A stretch of DNA of 64,000 nucleotides, from the IMG/VR virus record IMGVR_UViG_2571042447_000001; one strand, written 5' to 3'. This DNA is from a virus. The translations under genes were made by a program, and so were the position numbers. Under the pieces are notes generated by a model that saw only the letters and a list, made by a program, of their open reading frames with translations, searched no databases and had not been told where the DNA came from. Positions 50,294-60,647 of this stretch are shown piece after piece; the first letter of the stretch is position 1; each line of letters begins with the position of its first letter.

Positions 50294-51250
50294 ATGACTG
50301 AGAGTCGAATCGAGAAGTTCACAAGGATCAGCCAGGAGATGGCAGCCGCAGTCTCCGAGATGCGTGCCGATGCAGCTGATGTCACCACGCATGCCCCTGA
50401 AACTGCAGCCCTCGTCGAAGAGCTCTCCGTGACATGCGATCGGTGGTCGCAATGGGAGGAGGTGGCCGCGGTTGTTCTTGCGCATCTCACCGCTGCTGGC
50501 CGTCTCATCCCTGCTGGCGGTATGGCACTCACCGCCGAACAGTGGGCGCACTACCAGCGCATGGCAGCCGAGCCGCGTTTCACCGAATTGTCGCGGGAAG
50601 CGCTCGGAGTCATGAAGTGGCCCGAGAATCCGCTACTGCCACCCGCTAAACCTCCCGTCAAGCCCGCCACTGAACGGACGGAGGCTGAAAGACAGTACAT
50701 CGACATCGTGTTCGACGGACCTCCCGATGCCGAGCCCGGTCGGTTCGTGGAAGTCGAGAACCACTTGGGCGCAAGTATCAAAGTTGGAGAGTGGATCGAA
50801 CGCGGCGACGGATTCTGGGCACTGCGCATCCTCGACGGACTGGTCGACTGCCAGGAGGGGCACATCCTCACCGCAGAGGACATGGAAGACGTGCGGACGC
50901 TGTTCATGAAGGGATCGACCGTCGATCCGGAGTTTCATCGGGCGAAGGAAAGGCTCCGGCCCGTGCTGTTCCCGGCAACCGAACCCGCCGACGAGGAGCG
51001 TTGCGACTTCTATGCGGAAACCGAGAGCGGCGACGCTCGTCAATGCACGCGCCGAGATGGGCACACTGCACATCACCACATTGAGCCCGTCTGCGCTGAG
51101 CCCACTGAGGCGGAGGCCCGTGCGGGTCGTGAGTTCCCGGCAGATGCCTTTGGTGAGGTGGTCCGAATCGGTTGGGCCACACACTACTTCGGCGCGGACA
51201 ATGAATGGCATAACGCTCGGACTGGCGCGATCGAGACTCGCGAAGCCTGA
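50294..51250 (+). CDS. Hypothetical protein (mosaic); start approximate
   Basis: Long rightward ORF; FDGPPDAEPGRFVEVE..G.S and C...H motifs. Confidence 0.55.
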   Translation: MTESRIEKFTRISQEMAAAVSEMRADAADVTTHAPETAALVEELSVTCDRWSQWEEVAAVVLAHLTAAGRLIPAGGMALTAEQWAHYQRMAAEPRFTELSREALGVMKWPENPLLPPAKPPVKPATERTEAERQYIDIVFDGPPDAEPGRFVEVENHLGASIKVGEWIERGDGFWALRILDGLVDCQEGHILTAEDMEDVRTLFMKGSTVDPEFHRAKERLRPVLFPATEPADEERCDFYAETESGDARQCTRRDGHTAHHHIEPVCAEPTEAEARAGREFPADAFGEVVRIGWATHYFGADNEWHNARTGAIETREA

Positions 51251-52384
51251 TCAAGGAGGCACGCAGTGCGAATGGGGATTGGTATCGGCTTGTCCCCGAT
51301 ACTGATTCGCCGACCAACTCCGCTCCTGCTGAACCGCCGCCACGTTACTGCCCAGCCTGCAAGCTGAACGTGCCACCCGCCCCGTACTGCACGAATTGCG
51401 GAGGTGACACTATCCCGCGTTCCTCCAACGAAACCGAATGGCAGCGCTTGAACGACGTGCCGCCGACCGTGCGGAAGGTCAAAGACGTCCAGGGGTTCCA
51501 GTGGGTGCGTCGCGCGGATAACTCGGAGTGGCTGGGCTGTGACGGGTCATACGCCGTCTGTCGCATAGGGCATCCCAACCTCGCCCCGTTCGTTGCGGCC
51601 GAGGAGGGGTGAGCATGAGCCATTACCGAGTCAACCTCACCCAAACGGCGAACCACACACTCGACGTGGAGGCCGCTGATCCACGCACGGCGAAGCTGGT
51701 GGCGGAGAACATGGCCTACGCCGGACTGTGCCACGAATGCTCCCACGAGATCGACCTCGACCCCAGCGGTTGGGAAGCGGGTTCAGTCGAGGAAGTGGCG
51801 TCGTGAGCGCATCCGATCCGGGGACCAACACCTATTTGGTCGCCTCGTCCTCGCTGATCGAGTGCCACGACTGCTCCTGTCAGATCAGCCCACCCTGCAG
51901 CGAATGCGTCGACTGCAAAGTCTGCAACCCCTGCTGGACCTGCGACGAGATCCACGACGCACCGCGCGACGAAAACTGCCCCACACGTGCAACCACATCG
52001 GAGACAAGGCCATGAGTGTCGAAAAGAACCTCGCGAGAACCCCATCTGCCACTAAGCCCGTCTACTGCGGTGTCGGGTCGTGCGACAACACACCAGGCCA
52101 TGACGGAATCCACAGGTGCCGTTGCGGAAAGCCCGTCAACGAACCCGCCCCGCACTGCGCATGGCACCGAGCATCCGAGGTGTCGTCGTGAACGCTACTG
52201 ACGCCGGCGGGGAATCGATCGATCGTATTCTGATTCGCGAGGCTGAGCGCGAGACTGGCTTTCCTTGCGAAATCATCGACAAGGATTGGTGCATCGCAGC
52301 GCCGATCATCACGCCCGCCTACATCGATCACGTCATCGGACAGATCGCCGATGAGCTGGGCATTGAACTTCCCGAGGCGTCATC

Positions 52385-52963
52385 GTGACCGCGGCTGATC
52401 CGGGGTTGACCGACCTCATCGCAGCGGCATTGGTGCGAAGTAGCCCGAACAGCATCGACACGTTCGACCTTCTCCCGTACCACCGGCAGGAGGCATGGCG
52501 CGTCCGAGCTCGAGAAGTGGCGTTGGTGGTGGAGCAGCACGCCAACGGGCTGCACGGCTGGCCGAAGACGACTCCGACTGGCTTCACCTACGAACGGCCC
52601 ACAACGTACGCCGCGCTGGAACACATGATCGGCCACATGGCACAGTCCGAGATCGAATGCTGGGACGAAGCGGAACGGCCACCCGAGCCGGTGTGGGAAA
52701 TGGTCGGCGTCGCTCAGCAGGAAGTCCAACGTTTGATCGTTCGGGTAGCGGAACTCGAAGCCGAGCGTGATGTCCCGAGCCGATTGGTGATTGAGGATCT
52801 TCGGCGAGCGCTGGCGGTCCAAGATGCCGCACTTGCTACTGCGCAGGCCACGATCGCCAGGGTGGAAGCGCTGAAAGGTGACCTATTCCTGCGCGGCGGA
52901 AATCTCATAGCGCAATGGGGAGCAGCACGACTCATCGGCGCAGCTTTGGACGGGGAATCATGA
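52385..52963 (+). CDS. Hypothetical protein
   Basis: 192-aa ORF in a coupled rightward gene string. Confidence 0.5.
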   Translation: MTAADPGLTDLIAAALVRSSPNSIDTFDLLPYHRQEAWRVRAREVALVVEQHANGLHGWPKTTPTGFTYERPTTYAALEHMIGHMAQSEIECWDEAERPPEPVWEMVGVAQQEVQRLIVRVAELEAERDVPSRLVIEDLRRALAVQDAALATAQATIARVEALKGDLFLRGGNLIAQWGAARLIGAALDGES

Positions 52964-53565
52964 GCGACTACACCGACAGCCAGGCTCAGCTACTGGTGAA
53001 TATCCTGCAGAGAATCACCGACAGCCACGAGCAGTGGAAAGCGAAGTGGGGGCCGAATCTTCGGATCACGGTCGGTAAGGGCAACCCGCTCCGAGACTTT
53101 GGCATCGAGAAGATTAACGGCATCGAAGTCGAAGCCATTTATGACAGCAGCATCCTGCACGAGGACGGCACCGAAACCAAGATCGAAGGCGTGCACTTCA
53201 CCGTCACACCGATCCCGGACTGCGAACTCGAAGAGGGTGATTGGTGATGAACGAGAAGACGATTCATGTCCGGGCTAGGTACGGCGACAACCTGGCCTGC
53301 CCTGGCTGCGGCGAAACGCTGACCCTCGACCAGATGGACGGCTGGAGAAACAGCAACGGACTCACCTGTGTTGGTCGCACAACGCACTCAGACCACATCA
53401 CCACGGAGTTGCGATGAGCGTCCTGGTAAGCATCGTGATCGGGATAGCGGTTCCGCCGATCTTTCTGCTGGTCGTCCAGTTCCTCGTGGGTGACCCGAAC
53501 ATGCTCAAAGACGCGTGGGAGTGCAGGCGTCGACCATTCAACCGCAAGCCTTCTGAGGAGTCGTT

Positions 53566-54198
53566 GTGAGTGACATTGACCGTGTACGCCAAGTGGTGGC
53601 GATGCGCCAGGCGGAACTCCAGAAGCTGGAAATCAATCGAGGGAATGAAAGAGAACTCTCCGACGAGAAAATGCGTGAATACATCACAAGATGGAAAAAC
53701 GGTACCCAGAAGAACATTGACGACCAGCTCGAGGCTGGGGCCGTTTTCGTTATCACTCGTGCAACCAAGTGGGTTCATACACGGGAATGTCCAACAATTC
53801 AGCAACGGCTGAATGTGGAACGTTTGTGGCCGTTTTCGGAGGGATTCGAAACCAGGGAGATCGGAGGTCACCTGGCAGGTGGTGGTTATCCCTGGATGCC
53901 GCTACTAGCCACCGGCCCTGAGGTCAATGACGCGGGCTGTTACACACGTTGCCGAGTCTGCGCCCCCGACGTGGCAGAAAAACGCCCGCGCGTGCGCGAG
54001 ATACCGTCGACAGCGGCCCGCAATCTGCGCAGGACCCACATCGGCCGAACCGTCGAAGGGCAAGCAGTCCGTGCCATTCTGCTCGTCAGCGAGGGCGTTG
54101 AACTCATCTGCGAAGACGGCACCACGCTGCGATATGCGATGAATGACCGAATCTATTTTGACCCGCCGACAAAGCCGAATCAGGCAGCTGAATCGTAG
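53566..54198 (+). CDS. Hypothetical protein
   Basis: 210-aa ORF with VHTRECP and CRVCAP motifs. Confidence 0.6.
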   Translation: MSDIDRVRQVVAMRQAELQKLEINRGNERELSDEKMREYITRWKNGTQKNIDDQLEAGAVFVITRATKWVHTRECPTIQQRLNVERLWPFSEGFETREIGGHLAGGGYPWMPLLATGPEVNDAGCYTRCRVCAPDVAEKRPRVREIPSTAARNLRRTHIGRTVEGQAVRAILLVSEGVELICEDGTTLRYAMNDRIYFDPPTKPNQAAES

Positions 54199-54267
54199 TG
54201 GTGGCACTCGTGTCGCGAAGCCGCACACGCCGCCCGACCTGCAATTACTTGCTTTTATGGACCATAG

Positions 54268-54297
54268 TGGTACCGAATTAGGTACTAGTTTGGTACA
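54268..54297. promoter_or_regulatory. Probable YefM-YoeB operator region
   Basis: Three GGTAC cores (GGTACC, GGTACT, GGTACA) in an AT-rich stretch upstream of yefM; the E. coli YefM operator core is TGTACA. Confidence 0.4.
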
Positions 54298-54370
54298 CTA
54301 GGTAGCAACAGTGGCGAGGAAACCAAAAACTGAAATTATCATCGACGCGAGCTGCTGTTCAGGAGGTCAC

Positions 54371-54622
54371 ATGTCCACTGCCATCACCGCCACGGACGCC
54401 AGGAAGTCACTGTTCCCGCTCATTGAGCAGGTCAACGACGACCACACGACGATCGAAATCGTTTCGAAGAAGGGGAACGCCGTTCTCCTCTCGAAGGACG
54501 ACTACGACTCTATCGTCGAGACCGCGCACCTGCTGTCATCGCCCGCAAACGCGATGCGCCTGATCCGCAGTCTGGAGGCAACCCGACGTGGCGAATACAC
54601 CGAAAGAGAGCTTCTCGAGTGA
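54371..54622 (+). CDS. yefM: Phd/YefM antitoxin
   Basis: ITATDARKSLFPLIEQV...GNAVLLSKDDYDSIVETAHLLSSPANAMRL; AGGAGG RBS. Confidence 0.92.
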   Translation: MSTAITATDARKSLFPLIEQVNDDHTTIEIVSKKGNAVLLSKDDYDSIVETAHLLSSPANAMRLIRSLEATRRGEYTERELLE

Positions 54623-54873
54623 ATATCGCCTTCACGGACGACGCATGGGATGACTACACCCACTGGTCCGTCGCAGACCGCAAGATGCTCAAAAAGATCA
54701 ACGATCTGATCAAGGACATCAAGCGGAATCCCTTCACCGGGACCGGTAAACCCGAACCTCTGCGATACAGCGACTTGAACGCCTGGTCTCGTCGCATCGA
54801 CCGCGAGCATCGCCTCGTCTACGTCGTCAAAGATGACATCATCGTCATCCAGCAGGCACGGCGACACTACTGA
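54619..54873 (+). CDS. yoeB: Txe/YoeB toxin
   Basis: FTDDAWDDY..W, KINDLIKDIKRNPFTGTGKPEPL, WSRRIDREHRLVY and RRHY motifs. Confidence 0.93.
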   Translation: MNIAFTDDAWDDYTHWSVADRKMLKKINDLIKDIKRNPFTGTGKPEPLRYSDLNAWSRRIDREHRLVYVVKDDIIVIQQARRHY

Positions 54874-54877
54874 AAGC

Positions 54878-54914
54878 AACAGCCCCGGTGCGCAACTCGC
54901 ACACCGGGGCTGTT
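54878..54914. terminator. Bidirectional terminator hairpin
   Basis: AACAGCCCCGGTG / CACCGGGGCTGTT between convergent genes. Confidence 0.75.
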
Positions 54915-54921
54915 TTCTCTC

Positions 54922-56052
54922 TTATGGTCGCCGGAACGCAACGACATTGCTCGTCGCCGCCATCGACTCTTGTTCCTCTGTGGACGATTGGTCGCCGGTC
55001 CAACGCAAGATCAGCCCAGGGTCGATCCCGTGTTCGTCTGATGCACGCGTCACGAAGTGCCGGCCGTACACCTTCGACAGAGCCTGTCCGAACAATCGTG
55101 GCGTTTCCTGCGCTACGTCGACCGGCTCGTTTGTTCGCCATCCTTGCGAGGACAGCTGAATGCTCAGACTTCGATAGCGCTCCGGCGAGATCACGCCGAT
55201 ATCCTTTGCGCGCCTGGCGATAGCCCCCACCGAGATCCCATAGTCCGCCTTGATCCGGAGATAACCGTGCAGCGACAGGCTCTCCGTGACTCGAGCGCGG
55301 ACTACTCGTTCAGGGAGCAGCAGTGCGCCGCCGAAACGAAACGCGCGCGCTTCCTCCGGACAACGTGTGCTCCCCAACGGGGACGCGAGCCGTCGATCGA
55401 AGATCCAGTGAGCGGCCTCGTGCCCCAAACTGAGACGCTGGACCGCACCAGGCAGTTGACTCGTGAGCGCTACGAGGGGTCGTTCGGTTCCAAGGTTCGG
55501 ACGGGAGACGCCCACGTGATCCGATGCGCCTTCAAAGCTGTCATCCAAATCGTTGACGACACCGACGCCGTGACGTTCCAGCAGTCGAGTGACGTTCTTG
55601 ACCGGATCTTCTGGTCCTAGACCTGCGGATCGTCGGAGGGCTTCGGCACATTCCTCGGGGTCGTTGTTGAACTCGGCAGGGTCAGGTAGTTCGCTCGTCC
55701 TGAATTCCGACGCTGCGGAGATGGCGTTGAACAGACGAGCGGCTTCGGAGTAGAGACGCTTCACACGGCGTTCGTCACGAGCGCTCGCGCGGGCGCGCTT
55801 ACGGAAGGTGAACTGGCCGGCGTCTGTCTCCCCGTCTGGCATTTGGAAGAAGCTGAGCGGGAGCGAATAGGTTTGGGAGAGTTTGACCGCGAGGGACTCG
55901 GGCAATGGTCGTGAACCCTTCTGCACCAACGACAAAAAGCTCTGCGATACCTCCGCGGAGGTCGCGAGCTCTTGCTGTGTCAGGCCTTTGAGGTCACGAA
56001 GGGCCAGCAGTCGGGGTCCGAGCAGCTCTCGGTCAGTGTTGTTGTCAATCAT
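54922..56052 (-). CDS. XRE-HTH + ImmA/IrrE (peptidase M78) fusion
   Basis: RDLKGLTQQELA...SQSFLSLVQKG HTH; RLSLGHEAAHW (HExxH) and EARAFRFGGALLLP. Confidence 0.88.
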   Translation of the reverse strand: MIDNNTDRELLGPRLLALRDLKGLTQQELATSAEVSQSFLSLVQKGSRPLPESLAVKLSQTYSLPLSFFQMPDGETDAGQFTFRKRARASARDERRVKRLYSEAARLFNAISAASEFRTSELPDPAEFNNDPEECAEALRRSAGLGPEDPVKNVTRLLERHGVGVVNDLDDSFEGASDHVGVSRPNLGTERPLVALTSQLPGAVQRLSLGHEAAHWIFDRRLASPLGSTRCPEEARAFRFGGALLLPERVVRARVTESLSLHGYLRIKADYGISVGAIARRAKDIGVISPERYRSLSIQLSSQGWRTNEPVDVAQETPRLFGQALSKVYGRHFVTRASDEHGIDPGLILRWTGDQSSTEEQESMAATSNVVAFRRP

Positions 56053-56699
56053 TCTTCGTTTTCTGCGCGTTCGATATTTGCCTCGCCGAAGAAGTCCTCA
56101 TCGTCCGAGTCTCCGGAGAAGGTCATGTCGGTAAAGATGGTGCCGTCGGGCCGGACGGCGATGTCGAGATCGTAGGGCACTGCCTGGCCGTAGACGCCCG
56201 CGGCGAGCGGCCGTACGATCCGTAGCGTGAATCCTTCTGCGACGCTTTCCTTTTTGGCGTAGTCCCACAGCAGAAGCAGTTCGCTCATCGTCTGAGTCTG
56301 CTGAACGGGAACAGTGGGCCGGGGGAACAATCCGCCTTGCTGCCAGGCTTCCCGGCGCGCCCGGTTCTGTCCCGCGACGGGTACGCCGCTCGGGTACGTC
56401 TTGCGTCGCTCCTTCAGGAACCGCAGTTTCAGACCGAGGGTGGGTGCGGTCAGATAGAGCTGTCCCATCAATTTCGGATTGCCGCCCAGCCGCCATTCGG
56501 CCGGCAGCGTTTCGCTTTCGAGGTACTCGCGGAATGCGATGCGGGCCATCATGGGCCGAATGTGCGGGTACTTCTCGCTTTTGTACCCACGTGTTCGGGT
56601 GTTGGCGTCAGCCAGGGCCGAGGCGACACCTTCGTACATACGTGGCGCGAGGATGCCGGATTGCGTCATCACGAGGCGCTGCATTTCATTGGGCGTCAT
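56049..56699 (-). CDS. Hypothetical protein coupled to the XRE-ImmA gene
   Basis: 216-aa ORF from MTPNEMQ; 4-bp overlap with the downstream gene. Confidence 0.7.
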   Translation of the reverse strand: MTPNEMQRLVMTQSGILAPRMYEGVASALADANTRTRGYKSEKYPHIRPMMARIAFREYLESETLPAEWRLGGNPKLMGQLYLTAPTLGLKLRFLKERRKTYPSGVPVAGQNRARREAWQQGGLFPRPTVPVQQTQTMSELLLLWDYAKKESVAEGFTLRIVRPLAAGVYGQAVPYDLDIAVRPDGTIFTDMTFSGDSDDEDFFGEANIERAENEE

Positions 56700-56879
56700 A
56701 TTATGACCTCTCGGTTGGCTGAAGTCATAATATGACAAGGAATGAAAGATTGCCAGTCGGTGTTCCCCAACCCCCGACCACGACCACGACCACGACCAAC
56801 CAATCCCCCACGACCCACCACGCGCGCACTCACGCGCACGCGACACTCCGACCGGGTGCACGGCTGCTGCTCGATGTCT

Positions 56880-58164
56880 TTATCCGATGCGTTGTTGGTA
56901 GCGCGCCATGGGAGTTGGAGTTGGCCGGTTTTGCCTGCTCGGTTTTTGGCGATGATGAGGGTGATGTAGCCGGTTGGTTGTCCTGTGGGGTCGGTTTCGT
57001 GGTGGAGGAGGATGACGGTGTCGGCGTCTTGTTCGATTGCGCCGCTTTCTCGTAGGTCGGTGAGTGCGGGTGGGCGGTTAAGTGTTGTTGGGCCGCGGTT
57101 GAGTTGGCAGGCGGTGACAGTGGGGATTTTGAGTTCTTTGGCGAGGATTTTGATGTTGCGGCTGATGTAGGCGACTTGTTCTTGTCGGGGGGTGTCGGTG
57201 TGGGCGGCGGTGACGAGTTGCAGGTAGTCGATGACGGCGAGGTCGAGGTTGCCGGTGTTTTTGCGGGTGTGGGCTTCGGTGGTGATTTGGTCGATGGTGA
57301 TGTTGGCGCGGTCGTTGATGGTGAGGGGTAGGGCTGGGTAGCGTCGGTGTAGGCGGCGAGGAGGTTTTGGTTGTGTTGGTCGAGTTGGTGTTTGGTGATT
57401 TGGCTGTATTCGGCGCGGGCTCCGTTGGCGAGGATGCGTGACATGACTTCGAGGGTGGGCATTTCGAGGGACCAGAGGCTGGTGTGTTTGTTGTTTTCTG
57501 TTGCGTGTCCGGCGATGTTGAGTGCGGCGACTGATTTTCCGGCGCCTGGTCGGCCGGCGAGGATGTAGCTGCGTCCGGGGTGGAGTCCGCCGTTGAGCAT
57601 GTCGTTGAGTTCGGGCCAGGGGGTGGGGATGACGTTGGTGAGGTCGAGGGGTTGGAGTGTGTCGGTCCACCAGTCTTCGAGGGTGTTTTCGTAGGTGGTG
57701 GTGTGGTTGGTTTCGGGGTTGGTGTTGTTGAGTGCGGTGGTGGCGGTGCGTGCTGCGGTGGCGAGGTCTTCGGGGTTGTTGTTGTGGATGGCTTCGGTGG
57801 TGCGGTGGAGGAGGGTTTGTGCGGTGGTGATGAGGGTGCGGGCTGTGTGGAGTTGGTGGAGTCTGCGCGCGTGGTAGGGGATGGATTCGCCGTAACCGGT
57901 GCCGACGAGTTGGGTGACGAGTTGGTGGAGGTTGCGGGTGTTGGGGGTGGTGTGGTTTCGGGTGGAGGCGAGGATGGTGGTGGGGTCGAGGGGGTCGCCG
58001 TTGAGGACCATGGTGGTGATGGCGGTGTGGAGGTCTTGGTGGGCGGGTGCGTAGAAGTGTTCGCGGGGGATGTCGAGTAGTTGTTTGGCGTAGTGGGGTT
58101 CGGTGATGACGGCGCCGAGGATGGCGCGTTCGGCGTCGAGGTCGCAGGTGGGTTCGTCGGTCAT
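56880..58164 (-). CDS. dnaB: DnaB-like replicative helicase (apparent frameshifts near 57340 and 56905)
   Basis: AERAILGA, LAGRPGAGKS, SLEM, IDYLQL, SRNIKILAKEL, QLNR, DLRESGAIEQDAD and AKNRAG motifs. Confidence 0.9.
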
Positions 58165-58217
58165 GGTGGGGGTGCTCTTCTCGGGCGCTACGGGCGTTGT
58201 GGGTGTCTAGGCAGGGT

Positions 58218-58721
58218 TTAGACACCCGTGGGGCCGTTTGAGCGCTCTATCGCGCTCTGGGGCCTCGTTTTGCCGCGTATGGCGTCGGCGATGCGGTGCC
58301 GGTTTTCGCGGATCCAGTCGCGGTGTCGGTCTTTGGCCCAGGTGTCTGCGTGTGTGGGGTCGAGTTCGGCGGGTGGTTCCCAGTGGGGTGTCGGGATGCC
58401 GCTGATGGCTTCGATGGTTCGGGCGTGGGGTTTGTCGATCCAGCGGAGGAGCCAGCGGTTGATGCGTTCGTCGGAGCTGGTGGGTCCGAGGGGTTGCTCC
58501 CGGACGGTGGCGAGGACGTCGCCGGGCATGATCGCGAACGGGTTCGGTTTGCGGTAGTGCGTCAGCACGGCGTCGAGGGCTTCGGTGTGTCCGATGTCCT
58601 CGCCGGTGAAGCATTCGGCCCAGGCGAGGATCTGGGGGTCGTCGGCGGTGATGCGGTGGTCGAGGAGTGCGGCTTTGGCGAGGGTGAGTCCTGCGATCTC
58701 GATGTCAGTCGAGCTGGGCAT
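58218..58721 (-). CDS. Putative helicase loader / hypothetical
   Basis: LAKAALLDHR...AW...ALDAVLTHY...IMPGDV; located between initiator and DnaB. Confidence 0.55.
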   Translation of the reverse strand: MPSSTDIEIAGLTLAKAALLDHRITADDPQILAWAECFTGEDIGHTEALDAVLTHYRKPNPFAIMPGDVLATVREQPLGPTSSDERINRWLLRWIDKPHARTIEAISGIPTPHWEPPAELDPTHADTWAKDRHRDWIRENRHRIADAIRGKTRPQSAIERSNGPTGV

Positions 58722-59997
58722 GGGAGGCCTCCGTGGTCGCGGTGAGTCGGTTGGTGCGGTCGAGGATCGATTGGGCGCGGTCGGCGCCGCCGGGCTTGGT
58801 GTTGCCGGTTGCGCCGTTCCGGCGTTTGAGGACTTCGGAGACGATCACGGGGAGCGCTCGGGGTCCAAGGGTCGGCTTCTTGAGCCAGAGGGTCAGCGAG
58901 TCTTTGATGACGTCGGGTGCGGTCCCGGACTTCTGGAGTGTCGAGACCTGGAGGGCGAGTTCGGTCCGGACGGTCTGGGGTTGTTCGGCGGGGATGACTT
59001 CGCGGATCACTGCCCACGCGTTCGGTGGCACGGGCGGTCCGGCGGGTTGGTCGTCACGGTTTTCGCGCTCGCGGTCTGTAGTCGAGTTACCAACGGAAGC
59101 AGCACCGGTGCCTGGTGATAGGTGATTGGTGCTAGGTGATTGGTGCCGCACGCGTGCGCGCGCGCGAGGATGCCCTGCGCCACGGGGTGGCTCACGCCGT
59201 GAGACCTGCGAAAACACCTGTTCCGGGTCCAGGTCGTCCGGTTCGGTTGCCATGTCCCCCGCGTCGGGTCCACCCGAGTTGTCGCCCCATCCTGAGGACG
59301 GGGTCGTGACGGCATCGTCACGGGATGGCTCACGGTGTGGCTCACGCCGTGCAGCCTGCGGATATACCGAAAACGCCTGGTCGCTGAAAGCATCCGGATC
59401 GCCCTCGGGGCCGACGGCGCCATCGAATGCCTCGTCATACCGTGCTGCACGGGGTAGCTCACGCCGTGCAGCCTGCGACGATGCACCGGACGGGAGCTGC
59501 TGGCCAGGGTCGGCGTCGAGCAGCAACAACGTGTGCGCCAACGCCTCACGAACAGCCTCCGGCTTGTCCCGCTTGCCTTCGGTGATCTGGTCGACCGGCA
59601 GTCGCCGCAACTCCTCGGCGAGCACGAAACGCAGCCGCGGAGACTGAACCTCGGCCGCGGAATTAAGCGCGATCATCAGCATCCGCGCCTGCTTCCACAG
59701 TCCGTCGTTACGGATCAATGACCGCACCAGAACCTCTTCGGTATCCCAGTCGACGACAACGAAGTACGCCATGTGAAGTTCCTCGAGGGCGCGCGTCACG
59801 TCGGCGGGTGTCGTGTCGCAGGCCAGGTTCGACCACCGCCTGATCGTTAAGTCGAGGACTCCGGCGTAGTTCATGGACGACTGCGAGATCAACAACTCGT
59901 AGAGCCACTGAGCGTCCCTCGAGAGGGCTCGCCAATCTGTGTCGTTCCAGATGGACTTGAGCAGTTGCGCGTATTTGCGCCCGCCCTGAGTGACCAT
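58705..59997 (-). CDS. Replication initiator protein
   Basis: YAQLLKSIWNDTDWRALSRDAQWLY...YAGVL N-terminus, low-complexity linker with repeats, helical C-terminus. Confidence 0.7.
   Translation of the reverse strand: MVTQGGRKYAQLLKSIWNDTDWRALSRDAQWLYELLISQSSMNYAGVLDLTIRRWSNLACDTTPADVTRALEELHMAYFVVVDWDTEEVLVRSLIRNDGLWKQARMLMIALNSAAEVQSPRLRFVLAEELRRLPVDQITEGKRDKPEAVREALAHTLLLLDADPGQQLPSGASSQAARRELPRAARYDEAFDGAVGPEGDPDAFSDQAFSVYPQAARREPHREPSRDDAVTTPSSGWGDNSGGPDAGDMATEPDDLDPEQVFSQVSRREPPRGAGHPRARARVRHQSPSTNHLSPGTGAASVGNSTTDRERENRDDQPAGPPVPPNAWAVIREVIPAEQPQTVRTELALQVSTLQKSGTAPDVIKDSLTLWLKKPTLGPRALPVIVSEVLKRRNGATGNTKPGGADRAQSILDRTNRLTATTEASHAQLD
59190..59477 (+). repeat. Iteron-like direct repeats inside the initiator gene
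   Basis: GCTCACGCCGTGCAGCCTGCG at 59340 and 59457; 18/21 variant at 59190; partial copy at 59328. Confidence 0.6.
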
Positions 59998-60143
59998 GTG
60001 GGTGTCCTTCCGGGGGTGAAACGTGCGCCGGATCGGGCGCGAATCGATGGGTGTCGCTAGGTGAAGCTGAACCCCTGCCAGAGGGTTATCTAGTCATCAA
60101 TTAGACACTAGACACCTATGACAGGGGCATCGGCAACCGTCGT

Positions 60144-60647
60144 CTACAGGTGGTGCCAGGGCACCGGATCTACCCCAATATCCGGTATGCGATCACGACG
60201 CCTCGAGGAGCGCGTCGACTGTCGCTCTCCCCCACATCTGCTCGGCTTTCTCCCACGCCGGCAGCGGCGCGTTCTGCAGCAGCTCGGCGAGGAACTCTCT
60301 CGGAACTTTGATGCCGGCTTGGGTGCCGGTGCGGATCGCTGCGCGCGTTTCGTGCGAGAGAAGTGGTCCCGGCATTCCTGACACGGCGGTTCCATGTGCG
60401 ACCGGTGCCGGGAGTAGCCGCCGTCGGTGCCGTGCTTGATGTTGCTCGGCCACACGAACAGGTCGTCGGAGACGACGGTCGCCTCGTGGCATACCGCGGA
60501 CGGCGAGTGCCCGTCCATGTCGAGGCACACTCGCAGTCCCCCACCGTCGGCGCCGGACAGGATCTTCACGACCCAACCCGGCTGGTAGATGCCCCACTGG
60601 GTCTCGATCGGGCGAATCAACGGCAATTCGCGTCCCCGAACGATCAT
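60144..60647 (-). CDS. Hypothetical protein
   Basis: HGTDGGYSRH....PPCQEC motif; coupled to the methylase stop. Confidence 0.5.
   Translation of the reverse strand: MIVRGRELPLIRPIETQWGIYQPGWVVKILSGADGGGLRVCLDMDGHSPSAVCHEATVVSDDLFVWPSNIKHGTDGGYSRHRSHMEPPCQECRDHFSRTKRAQRSAPAPKPASKFRESSSPSCCRTRRCRRGRKPSRCGGERQSTRSSRRRDRIPDIGVDPVPWHHL

Noticed and set aside
56760-56800. (CGACCA)n microsatellite as a phase-variation switch
   Set aside because: Only about four units, intergenic and downstream of dnaB, with no evident link to a promoter or reading frame.
56696-58225. 509-aa His/Pro/Arg-rich ORF as a separate protein
   Set aside because: It is an alternative frame of dnaB; only its distal part is the true frameshifted helicase C-terminus.
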